A stretch of DNA of 64,000 nt, taken from a virus. The stretch covers positions 128,001-192,000 of IMG/VR virus record IMGVR_UViG_3300031418_000005, one strand, 5' to 3'. Positions 56,275 through 64,000 of this stretch are shown one piece after another (the first letter of the stretch is position 1; every line of letters begins with the position of its first letter). Below the pieces are notes generated by a model that saw nothing but the letters and a program-made list of their open reading frames with translations, ran no database searches and was not told where the DNA came from. A program made the position numbers and the translations under genes.

Positions 56275-56311
56275 GGTTTAATCCTTAAGGTAATAGTCGA
56301 TAGTGGGGGTC

Positions 56312-56389
56312 AAAAAGGACCGTGTAACCCGGAAGTTGTTGGGGACTTAGGTTACACGGTCAAGTAAGACGTTGTCGTGGACGTCTTAC
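56312..56389 (-). other. Tandem double hairpin (terminator or structured RNA)
   Basis: 12-bp stem GACCGTGTAACC/GGTTACACGGTC next to 9-bp stem GTAAGACGT/ACGTCTTAC. Confidence 0.55.
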
Positions 56390-56413
56390 AGTTGGCACCT
56401 GTGTGTAGGCGGC

Positions 56414-56812
56414 TTAGTTTTCAAGTGGCACAGAGCCAACCGTCTTACCTTGCTGTTCTACGACGACTAAGTGCTTCTTCGTTTTAGTGTTCTTGGCAAG
56501 CGTGACCTTGAGTGTCGGGTCACAAGTTACCGTGTCAACTGGGATGATCTCTTTCGCTGCTGAATCTAACACGAAGTAATAACCGGCTGGGCATGACGCA
56601 CCTCCGTCGGCTTTCACCAGAATGAAGTGGTCGTGTTGTCCCAGTTCGCTACACACGTCCGCCTGGGTCGTGCACACTTCGAACGACGGCGGATTATAGC
56701 TATACGGTGTATCGGCAAGAAGTAAATCACTGACTGAGGTTGATGCAGTCGCGCTGACAGTGGACACCGCGAACGCAATAACGAACAGGATACAACCAAC
56801 AACTCCACGCAT
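56414..56812 (-). CDS. Secreted Cys-rich protein (paralog family B)
   Basis: Signal peptide; C..C...GGASCPAGYYFVLD...C. Confidence 0.65.
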   Translation of the reverse strand: MRGVVGCILFVIAFAVSTVSATASTSVSDLLLADTPYSYNPPSFEVCTTQADVCSELGQHDHFILVKADGGASCPAGYYFVLDSAAKEIIPVDTVTCDPTLKVTLAKNTKTKKHLVVVEQQGKTVGSVPLEN

Positions 56813-56824
56813 GGTAAAAGTCCT

Positions 56825-57238
56825 TTAATAATTAATTGGATTAACCCCAACGTTCTTACGATTCGTTGGGTCGTACAAGATGACGGTCAACGTGTTGTCC
56901 TCGGGAGAGCGAGCAAAGTCGGCTACCGCTTCACCGTGGCACGTTTGATTGTCGTTATACATCATTATCTTTGCCTTACCGTTAGTAAGGTTGATAACCC
57001 CGTACTGCGGGTCAGGACACCCCGTACCACCGAGTATCTTCACCAACGCATAGCGGGCGTTATCAGAGATAGTGACAACACTACACGACTTATCCGCAAT
57101 ATCGCTATTCTGGCACCAGAACAACGAACCGTCCGACACGTCGGTAACCTGCCTTGGCAATTCAACCGTCGGTGCTGCAGCGTTAGCAAAGAAGCTTGCC
57201 AGTGCAGCGATTAATAATGGAAGCATGAAATGTTTCAT
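56825..57238 (-). CDS. Secreted Cys-rich protein (paralog family B)
   Basis: MKHFMLPLLIAALASFFANA|; FWC...SC...GGTGCPDPQYGVINL...C. Confidence 0.7.
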   Translation of the reverse strand: MKHFMLPLLIAALASFFANAAAPTVELPRQVTDVSDGSLFWCQNSDIADKSCSVVTISDNARYALVKILGGTGCPDPQYGVINLTNGKAKIMMYNDNQTCHGEAVADFARSPEDNTLTVILYDPTNRKNVGVNPINY

Positions 57239-57260
57239 GATTACACCCTTAAGTAGGAAA

Positions 57261-57746
57261 CTACTCCGTAACGTATTGTAACGATTCCACTGGCATGTTA
57301 TTGAAATACATGACCACATCAGCCAGGGACTGTGGATTTTGGGATTGAACAAACCCCACTTTAAAGTTACCGCGACAGTAGTCGGCAAAACTGACTTTAT
57401 CACTCGGATAAAGCGTCATGGCGACACCAGACAATCGGTCGACAATCCCCCAGACGCCTTTCGGACAATTGGCATCTGGACGAGGTTGGTTCACGATTGC
57501 AATTCGCTTGCTAGGCGAAATGTCGACAACGCGACATGTTTTGTGGAGCAAACCATACTGGTTACACCAGAAGGGCTTACCCGTGCTGGACTCTTTGGTG
57601 ATGGCCGGGATACCGCCTGAGACACTCCCTGACCACCCATTTTCAACGTTCGCGTTGGCCTGACGGGCACAGGCAACCACACCCATCAGGAACAACGTAA
57701 ACAGTATAACTTTAACGGCGTACTTGCTTATGCGAATTGATCTCAT
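57261..57746 (-). CDS. Secreted Cys-rich protein (paralog family B)
   Basis: Hydrophobic N-terminus ending QANA; FWC...TC...NCPKGVWGIVDR...C. Confidence 0.65.
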   Translation of the reverse strand: MRSIRISKYAVKVILFTLFLMGVVACARQANANVENGWSGSVSGGIPAITKESSTGKPFWCNQYGLLHKTCRVVDISPSKRIAIVNQPRPDANCPKGVWGIVDRLSGVAMTLYPSDKVSFADYCRGNFKVGFVQSQNPQSLADVVMYFNNMPVESLQYVTE

Positions 57747-58146
57747 CTTTGATATCTCCACGATTGAGAGTTACTCTCCCAACCATGGTCGCATTGTGGA
57801 AGAAATCAATGGCGACGAGATTGGGCAGCTCGAGAGGCTGTACACTCACGGAGGTAATATCCGGTTGGGTACAGCTGATGTCGTATAGCCGCTGATAGAC
57901 TTTATGTCCGCGGCGTTTGTCTGCGTCTTCAATGACCAATCCCGTACACTTACCTGCTGCCATGAGCTTATAGATGTTAAGCGTCTCTACCTTTCGAAGC
58001 AGTACCGGTTCTTCGTCCGGATTCAGCATCGATGCTTCGTCAGCAGGTATAGAATCTGCCAACGCTTTCTCAGGATAGATGTACGTCGCCGCAACACCAA
58101 TAATACAAACAGCAATAACCACTTTCAGGAAAGTTTTGATTTTCAT
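57712..58146 (-). CDS. Secreted/membrane-anchored protein (distant family B member)
   Basis: MKIKTFLKVVIAVCIIGVAA...; two Cys in the soluble part; similar C-terminal beta pattern. Confidence 0.55.
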   Translation of the reverse strand: MKIKTFLKVVIAVCIIGVAATYIYPEKALADSIPADEASMLNPDEEPVLLRKVETLNIYKLMAAGKCTGLVIEDADKRRGHKVYQRLYDISCTQPDITSVSVQPLELPNLVAIDFFHNATMVGRVTLNRGDIKDEINSHKQVRR

Positions 58147-58165
58147 ATTCTTCTCAATAGTCGAA

Positions 58166-58405
58166 TTAGTTAACAAGTTTATAATGCGCCACATCAAAAC
58201 GTTTTGTTTCGAATGTGGTCAGGTGTGTTGCGAGGATAGTCGTAGTGAGTGGGATTCTACAGTCCCTTACTTCACGACTAATGGGCAATACATACCCGTC
58301 TGGATAGGCGACAAAGTGCATCACATCATCCAGCTCTTGGCTACAATAAATAACTCTGTAGCGATCCACAGTCTTACCAACACGATCCGCGATGATAAGT
58401 TCCAT
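58166..58405 (-). CDS. Small hypothetical protein
   Basis: 79 aa MELIIAD...; GGGGA SD. Confidence 0.5.
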   Translation of the reverse strand: MELIIADRVGKTVDRYRVIYCSQELDDVMHFVAYPDGYVLPISREVRDCRIPLTTTILATHLTTFETKRFDVAHYKLVN

Positions 58406-58420
58406 GATAGTCCCCGGTGA

Positions 58421-58457
58421 AATAAATAGAAAATAGGCGACCCGAAGGCCGCCTAAC
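58421..58457 (-). terminator. Terminator with C(UUCG)G loop
   Basis: TAGGCGACC-cgaa-GGCCGCCTA with A-rich flank. Confidence 0.7.
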
Positions 58458-58459
58458 AA

Positions 58460-59746
58460 TTAGCTTGGTAAGCGCCAGAAAGTGCGCGCTTCAGGGTGCC
58501 AATCCAACCCTGCGGCAATATGATCCTTGAAGAAATCATCAAAGCTGTAAACTAAAACATACCGCTTAAATGATTTACGTTCAGTCACTGTCAAGGAGAG
58601 GGTCGTGCTATCAATGAAGCGGATATCACGTTCCCAGTCACCTTTGTTGTAACGAATCAGATCACTAAAGTAGTTATCCAGCCATTTCTGGAAGTCTTCC
58701 AGTAATCCAGCCACTGCCCGCAGCGGGAGAAAACCATCGTTGCGTGTCGGCAACTTCGCATCGTTTGCACGAGTCAGTGTCGCGAACATAAGCTGCGAGA
58801 GGTTTTGCTGGAAGGTGTTAAACTCCGCATCGAGACTTTCTTTGTCGTCCATTGCGTCGATGGATTCAACAAACAGGTCACGAAGCCCCTCTTCCTCTTT
58901 AACCTCGGTCGTTGCCCATTCTTGCGGGGCAGGTAACCAGAAGGGATACGCCGGATCAGCTGAGTTAATCTGATGGAAACGCGAAGCTGCCACCATATCC
59001 GAAATGGCGATGAGGAACTCGTAGCAATGGCCCGGAATTTCCACACCTACCACAATGTGCGTGGCTTCTTCCAGCGTGCAGGGTACACGTTCCAGCGGCT
59101 GAGTATCGGTTTTCGGATACTCTTTGAGGTCAATCCACTTGTAGCGCAGATTCTCGACCTCACCACTAAAGTAACGGGTGACATGTCGCAGATACGTTTT
59201 TGCTGAACGCAGAATTTGCTCGCGCGGTGTTGGGACATTGAAGTCACGTACTGCACGTTCTTCTACGCTCGGCGGCCGGATACCTTCAATAGCGTTCATC
59301 AGGTCTTTAGGGAACGGTGCCGCTTTGGGTGTATCCTTTATTGTTGACAGCGTATCGCCTAAAGCCATTTTATCTTCGGCCATAGGCATCTTATCGCCCG
59401 GCACCCAGAAATACTTGTCGTAGGCGAATTCCGCAAACGTGCCGTGCGTCAGCATGTAAGCAATTTGCTCGTTACTAAACGTCACCACTTCCTTCTTCAG
59501 TTCAGGGTGCTCGTTCTGTGTGCGAACAGTAACCCCAAACTGCATGTCTGCTACTTCCCAGGCGATCTCCTGCACCTGAAGATTTTTCATTCCTACCCAG
59601 CTGGCCAGGCCGTCGATAAACTTCTGACGTTTCTGGAAGGTGGATACCACCCCATCGGTTTGTGTGGGGATGTTGCAACTTTCCACGATCAATTTAAAAC
59701 CGGGAAGTTCTAACTCTTTAACAAAAATATCTGTATTCCAAACCAT
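58460..59746 (-). CDS. Hypothetical protein (probably early)
   Basis: 428 aa from MVWNTD, AAGGAG SD, about 110 nt downstream of TATATTAC. Confidence 0.7.
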   Translation of the reverse strand: MVWNTDIFVKELELPGFKLIVESCNIPTQTDGVVSTFQKRQKFIDGLASWVGMKNLQVQEIAWEVADMQFGVTVRTQNEHPELKKEVVTFSNEQIAYMLTHGTFAEFAYDKYFWVPGDKMPMAEDKMALGDTLSTIKDTPKAAPFPKDLMNAIEGIRPPSVEERAVRDFNVPTPREQILRSAKTYLRHVTRYFSGEVENLRYKWIDLKEYPKTDTQPLERVPCTLEEATHIVVGVEIPGHCYEFLIAISDMVAASRFHQINSADPAYPFWLPAPQEWATTEVKEEEGLRDLFVESIDAMDDKESLDAEFNTFQQNLSQLMFATLTRANDAKLPTRNDGFLPLRAVAGLLEDFQKWLDNYFSDLIRYNKGDWERDIRFIDSTTLSLTVTERKSFKRYVLVYSFDDFFKDHIAAGLDWHPEARTFWRLPS

Positions 59747-59854
59747 GGTATTCTCCTTTGGCAATCCACACTGGCTGTCCAACGTATTTGGGACAGGGGT
59801 AAGTACAGGCGATTGCCGGGTTATAAAAGCATTGAGACATTCAATGCTCACCTA

Positions 59855-59872
59855 AGTAATATATATCTGAAA
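59855..59872 (-). promoter_or_regulatory. Putative early vRNAP promoter
   Basis: Minus strand TTTCAGATATATATTACT contains TATATTAC, the phiKZ early promoter core. Confidence 0.65.
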
Positions 59873-59876
59873 TGAT

Positions 59877-60449
59877 TTATATTACGAATGCGGTTGCGGT
59901 ACGTTTAAAGCCCAGTTTCTTTAAGCGAGCCGACACCATATTGTATTCGGTGCCAGCAAAGCCGTAGGTGCGAATCAGCATCATGTTTAAATCCGGATGC
60001 CCTTCGACCAAATCCAGTTTCATCTTCCACATCCCGTCGATGTAGAGATTGAGTGGGGTGAGTTTCAGGCCCAGACGGGCTTTCTCCGGTACCCAGATAC
60101 GGAAACGAATACGCCCGTACACACTCTTGACCAACCCCGGCGGGAGGAGCAGAAAGGCTTCTAAATAGCAGCGGTCTTTGCTGTACTCTTTGAAGACCTC
60201 GAGTTTAATCTCGCCTTGCAGCTCATCGCTCCAGTAAACCGGACGGATGGTGTGCAGCAGACCCTGCGCTTCGTCGACAAAAATCCCCAACGGCAAATTG
60301 GTGGCCGGATCATTCAGCGTAAGCACGCGGTTCGTCGGGTCGTTAAACAGGATAGACACGCTGGATAACGTTGCCCCTTTCGGCAGGTGATCGCCTTTCG
60401 CCCAGTTCTTTAATTGGGTGATATTCTCGTGCAGCTGAAGTTGTAACAT
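59877..60449 (-). CDS. Hypothetical protein (paralog family C)
   Basis: 190 aa, AGGAG SD; LPLGIF...EIKLEVFKEY. Confidence 0.65.
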   Translation of the reverse strand: MLQLQLHENITQLKNWAKGDHLPKGATLSSVSILFNDPTNRVLTLNDPATNLPLGIFVDEAQGLLHTIRPVYWSDELQGEIKLEVFKEYSKDRCYLEAFLLLPPGLVKSVYGRIRFRIWVPEKARLGLKLTPLNLYIDGMWKMKLDLVEGHPDLNMMLIRTYGFAGTEYNMVSARLKKLGFKRTATAFVI

Positions 60450-60482
60450 TTTCGATGCTCCTACAATAATTTAACTTAAGTG

Positions 60483-60520
60483 TAAAAAAAGAGAAAGACA
60501 AGGACCCGAAGGCCCTTGTC
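60483..60520 (-). terminator. Terminator with C(UUCG)G loop
   Basis: GACAAGGACC-cgaa-GGCCCTTGTC with A tract. Confidence 0.75.
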
Positions 60521-60528
60521 GGTATAAC

Positions 60529-61065
60529 TTACAGCTCAACTTTCTCAATGAAGTTGATGCGTGCAGGGTGGAACGTGTGATACGCGATTGCGCCGGGATA
60601 CGGGCCATGCACTGCGTGCAGCGCACCGTCGTAGTTGTTCATCACCAGCATTTCGTGAATTGTGGTGGTGTTGTAGGCTTCTTCTGCCCACACCGGCAGT
60701 TTGTCGAACTCTTTCGGGAACTGATGGAGCACTTCCATGACGCCCAGTCCCGGATGACGTTCCTGCACACGCTCCCACTCGTTGGTTTCTGCCAGCTCAA
60801 CCTGCAAGCCTGCAGCCACCGCTTGAAACTGGTGCGGAGAGAGGATATCGCGGAAGTCACCAATATCCACGAACGGGTCAGCGCTGTCGTTCGTGAACAG
60901 GTTACTGATAGTCACATTGACTTTACTGATGTGCTGGCCGGTTTGACGCCCGCGCGCAATTTCGATTGCGGTGTCTTTGTCAGCGTAGATAACCTGAGAC
61001 AACATCAGGTTAGTGTCAACAAAAGGTTGCGGGGTAACAACATAGCCTTCGTATTGCATTCTCAT
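60529..61065 (-). CDS. Hypothetical protein, possible ADP-ribosyltransferase-like fold
   Basis: IYADKDTAIEIA...VNVTISNLF...NYDGALH...AYHTFHPARI. Confidence 0.45.
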   Translation of the reverse strand: MRMQYEGYVVTPQPFVDTNLMLSQVIYADKDTAIEIARGRQTGQHISKVNVTISNLFTNDSADPFVDIGDFRDILSPHQFQAVAAGLQVELAETNEWERVQERHPGLGVMEVLHQFPKEFDKLPVWAEEAYNTTTIHEMLVMNNYDGALHAVHGPYPGAIAYHTFHPARINFIEKVEL

Positions 61066-61625
61066 TCTCCTTTAAGGATGTACTCTTTCATGTTGAGTAC
61101 ATATTCGGTTTGGGCATCAACGTAATCTAACAAAGCTTGTAAATCTAACCCGTTGGGGTTCTTAACATAAATCAACGGAGGGTTGACCGCATCGATCACC
61201 TCCTCCAGCAATTCCAACACCGGCTCCAGCACGTTACTACTGATGGTGATGTGGCCTTCCCGCTCGACGTTCATGTCAATGTTCGGGTTGTGTAGCGAGA
61301 TCACGTTCGGTTCCATGTTGGCCATCCGGGTTTCACTTTCAAGGATGACTTTCAATTTACCGTGGGGGGTTTTACGGCGGGCATAGTCTTTGAACAGCGC
61401 GGGGTCAACTTCACTTACCCCGAGAGAGACTTCAACCAGCACCGGCAACAGGCCATCGTTGATACGATAGAAGATACCGCGCGGTAAGCGTTCTTCTTTC
61501 GACCACAACAGCACCACCATCACATCGTTCTGTTCAGGTAAGTCTTCAGTGATTGACTCGAGGCCGTCTTCCGCTTTCAGGGATTCCAGCCAGACGTCTT
61601 TACGAATTTCAATTAAACGTAACAT
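61062..61625 (-). CDS. Hypothetical protein (paralog family C)
   Basis: 187 aa; LPRGIF...EVDPALFKDY. Confidence 0.65.
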   Translation of the reverse strand: MLRLIEIRKDVWLESLKAEDGLESITEDLPEQNDVMVVLLWSKEERLPRGIFYRINDGLLPVLVEVSLGVSEVDPALFKDYARRKTPHGKLKVILESETRMANMEPNVISLHNPNIDMNVEREGHITISSNVLEPVLELLEEVIDAVNPPLIYVKNPNGLDLQALLDYVDAQTEYVLNMKEYILKGE

Positions 61626-61634
61626 AGCGGTTCC

Positions 61635-62216
61635 TTACGGGATATAGACGGCGCGGTGTTGCTGATAGCCATGCTGCTCAACCAGATGGCGAGAGATGGT
61701 GTGTTCAATAGCCGGGTTATAGCAGACCAGATGAATCTCCTGCCCGCGGGTCACCGACGGCAACACGCTGTCCAGCCAATCTATCCCACCTTTCTGTACA
61801 AACGTGTCTTGCGTAATGGTGAAAGGTTGGAAACGCTCAACCGGGCGCTCGTCCTCATCCAACTGCGTGAAACGTTGAATCGCCGGACGGCAGCCGTTCA
61901 CCATAATCGAGCGCGCAAAGTCGAAGGTCACGAGATTGACCTTTTTCAGGTACGCATCTTTGTAACGGCGCAGTAAACTGACATCAACTTCCAGCGTACT
62001 GGAGGTGACGTTGGTTAAGCAGCACATCTTCATCGCCCCTTCTTCGATGTTCGTTTTCACAAACACCATCAACGGTAGCTTGTCCTGCTGGAACACCATC
62101 AATTCCGCGTCCTGATACTTCTCGCAGACTTCAACCACCCGTGGAGCCTTCACGCCGTAACGTTCTTTCAGCTCTTTGAAATCCATTTCACGCTGTTCGA
62201 TGATAACCTTAGCCAT
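61635..62216 (-). CDS. Hypothetical protein (paralog family C)
   Basis: 193 aa; LPLMVF...EVDVSLLRRY; TAATG coupling. Confidence 0.65.
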   Translation of the reverse strand: MAKVIIEQREMDFKELKERYGVKAPRVVEVCEKYQDAELMVFQQDKLPLMVFVKTNIEEGAMKMCCLTNVTSSTLEVDVSLLRRYKDAYLKKVNLVTFDFARSIMVNGCRPAIQRFTQLDEDERPVERFQPFTITQDTFVQKGGIDWLDSVLPSVTRGQEIHLVCYNPAIEHTISRHLVEQHGYQQHRAVYIP

Positions 62217-62887
62217 TATGCCACCTCTTTACGGATAGCAAGTTTGGCACGGAACAGAATCTGGTTACCGTACTGCTCGACTTCATACCAGCCCAACCCT
62301 TCGGCCATCTTTTTAAGCTTGTCGAACTCCCAGTATTCCGGGTAGTGCCCACCGAAGATGTTCCGCACATCTTTCGCTGACATCAGATAGCAGGGTTCGT
62401 TAATAGAGCGGCTGTCAACATCCGGAATGTATTGCTTGGTATGTTGCGGTAAACCCCGCGGGAAGGTTTCGCCACGAATGTGCAGCGAGTGAACCGGACC
62501 GTTGTCTGCCTGCACCCAAATCACAAAGACGGCTTGCGGCCCATAGCCAATCCCTTCGGATGCAAGCCACGTATTGACCCCCACGCGCACCTGTTTGATG
62601 TCCGCCAGCTCTTGCAGACGAACCATGATCAGTGAAACGGGTGGAATACGTAACATCTGGTCTGTCGGCGGTTGCCAGTCGATGTGGTCAACTAACGCCG
62701 GGGAAAGTGTTTCGGGCGACCAGTCAGTGCGGGACTGCACTGCCAGTCCCGGCTGCAAATAGGCATCGGCTGCATCTTCCAGCAGTGGCTGCAGTAGTTC
62801 CACTACACGGCCCTCGGCTTTCTGAGGGTCTTGCACCAGAATCATTAAAGCTTTTGCAGCCATTTCAATCATTTCTTCACGTTTCAT
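62216..62887 (-). CDS. Hypothetical protein
   Basis: Start MKREEM, AGGA SD, downstream of the promoter motif. Confidence 0.65.
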   Translation of the reverse strand: MKREEMIEMAAKALMILVQDPQKAEGRVVELLQPLLEDAADAYLQPGLAVQSRTDWSPETLSPALVDHIDWQPPTDQMLRIPPVSLIMVRLQELADIKQVRVGVNTWLASEGIGYGPQAVFVIWVQADNGPVHSLHIRGETFPRGLPQHTKQYIPDVDSRSINEPCYLMSAKDVRNIFGGHYPEYWEFDKLKKMAEGLGWYEVEQYGNQILFRAKLAIRKEVA

Positions 62888-62977
62888 TCTTTCTTTCCTG
62901 TAAAATACACTAAGTGACCGAAAAGCTGTGGCTAAAGCACAGTCGGTATTTAAGCGATAAGGAACATCACTCACTAG

Positions 62978-62997
62978 GATGATATATATCTGTGAAA
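62978..62997 (-). promoter_or_regulatory. Putative early promoter motif
   Basis: Minus strand TTCACAGATATATATCATC. Confidence 0.5.
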
Positions 62998-63005
62998 ACT
63001 TGTAA

Positions 63006-63323
63006 TCAGTTGGCGATAATGACGACCGCGTCGTCCAGAAGCAGGTTCAGGGTCGAGTAATTATTCACCATGTTCAGATAACGCGTGCCTTTTTCGAACT
63101 GGTCAAACGTGCCATCGGGTATGACAATAATAGCACAGCTCACCACCCGACTCTCGAGGTCGTGATAAAATTGGTCGACTTCCCCGACCTTGTAAACCCG
63201 GATACGTTGACGGTCGGCCAACACCCCGTCCAATTTACCCGCTGCCGCGGTTTTAATAGCCGCTACCGCCGCGTCACTTTCCTGACGATTTAAATGGTTA
63301 CTGACAACTTCAAATAAAGCCAT
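63006..63323 (-). CDS. Hypothetical protein
   Basis: 105 aa, AAGGA SD. Confidence 0.6.
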   Translation of the reverse strand: MALFEVVSNHLNRQESDAAVAAIKTAAAGKLDGVLADRQRIRVYKVGEVDQFYHDLESRVVSCAIIVIPDGTFDQFEKGTRYLNMVNNYSTLNLLLDDAVVIIAN

Positions 63324-63499
63324 AACTGTTTTCCTTGGTAAAGTCGAATAAGGATGTCACTACGTTCCTTGGAACAAGGATGTCGGTGACCGTTGTCACC
63401 TCCGCTAATAGATCCCCCCGGTCCCCCAGGTATACCTCCCTAGCAAACGAATAATCCGAAACGTAAAAAAGAAGATAGTATGACAAAGAGGAGCGCAGC

Positions 63500-64000
63500 A
63501 TGGAAAAGTCCGGCGTGGATTTCTTCTCGATTGGCATTGTCGCGGAAGATAAAGCCCGTGGTGCTGAACGATGCAAGATAATCCCTATCGAAACGAATTT
63601 TGTAAACCCGACTCAGGTACAATCCATTGAGTCGGCGAATGAGAAACAACACGCATCCGATAACGCGATGGACAACCTGCAAGTCACAACCGGTAATGCG
63701 ATTACTGCGAAGTGGTGGAAGTTCAACTCTAACCGCGTCAATCCCCCGGATGTGCAGAAAGAAGATTACGTCATCATCCTGCGTTTGGGTAAGACGGATA
63801 TCTATTTCTGGATTGACCTGAACATGGCCAACGTCAAGCGGTTGGAAGATGCCGTGTATGCGTGGGCCGCTGATCCTGAAAACCAGATGGCGGATGATTT
63901 GTCAAATGCGTATGTGTTGAACATCTCGAGTATTGACAAACACATCACGTTGCGCACCACGATGCTCAACGGTGAGAAAGCCGCATTCCTGTTCCAGTTC
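63500..64000 (+). CDS. Baseplate spike/hub protein, phiKZ gp164-like (partial, runs off the window)
   Basis: Manual translation MEKSGVDFFSIGIVAEDK...ITAKWWKFNSNRVNPPDVQKEDYVIILR...; GAGGAG SD, upstream TATG; pattern of a gp5/VgrG-like OB-fold N-terminus. Confidence 0.65.
   Translation, partial: MEKSGVDFFSIGIVAEDKARGAERCKIIPIETNFVNPTQVQSIESANEKQHASDNAMDNLQVTTGNAITAKWWKFNSNRVNPPDVQKEDYVIILRLGKTDIYFWIDLNMANVKRLEDAVYAWAADPENQMADDLSNAYVLNISSIDKHITLRTTMLNGEKAAFLFQF

Noticed and set aside
25853-60520. Recurrent CCCGAAGG hairpins as a CRISPR-like or REP repeat
   Set aside because: Stems differ, spacing is irregular and each lies at a gene end with a T tract; they are ordinary C(UUCG)G terminators.
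63310-63576. 88-aa minus-strand ORF
   Set aside because: Overlaps the start and regulatory region of the divergent baseplate gene and has no convincing SD.
1-64000. Stop-codon reassignment, tRNAs or CRISPR arrays
   Set aside because: Standard-code ORFs tile the window densely with full-length core genes; no cloverleaf or repeat-spacer pattern was seen by eye.

Overview
64-kb segment of a phiKZ-like jumbo phage (Chimalliviridae-type; the gene order resembles enterobacterial SPN3US/Erwinia jumbo phages, which is an inference from recalled family knowledge, not a database result). The left part is the conserved virion block: prohead protease (partial), head proteins, split virion RNA polymerase beta and beta' subunits, a 2379-aa tape-measure protein with a lytic transglycosylase domain, and tail/baseplate proteins. 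The rest is mostly minus-strand genes: a nucleotide-metabolism cluster (MazG-like x2, ThyA, CYTH, possible NADAR), the vRNAP beta C-terminal subunit, UvsX/RecA, RNase H, a DEDDh exonuclease, candidate spanins, a signal-peptide SLT lysin, a macrodomain, a GNAT, SbcC/Rad50 and many hypotheticals. These are punctuated by C(UUCG)G terminators and a repeated TATATTA-type early-promoter motif. The most striking observations are small ORFs that copy short functional pieces of host proteins: a 51-aa peptide, absent from the ORF track, ending DDGCAGGACKI (the redox tail of class Ia ribonucleotide reductase NrdA), and two small ORFs flanking the GNAT gene that carry consecutive segments of the EF-Tu N-terminus. 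No tRNA, rRNA, CRISPR array or intact mobile element was recognised. All homology calls are by eye.
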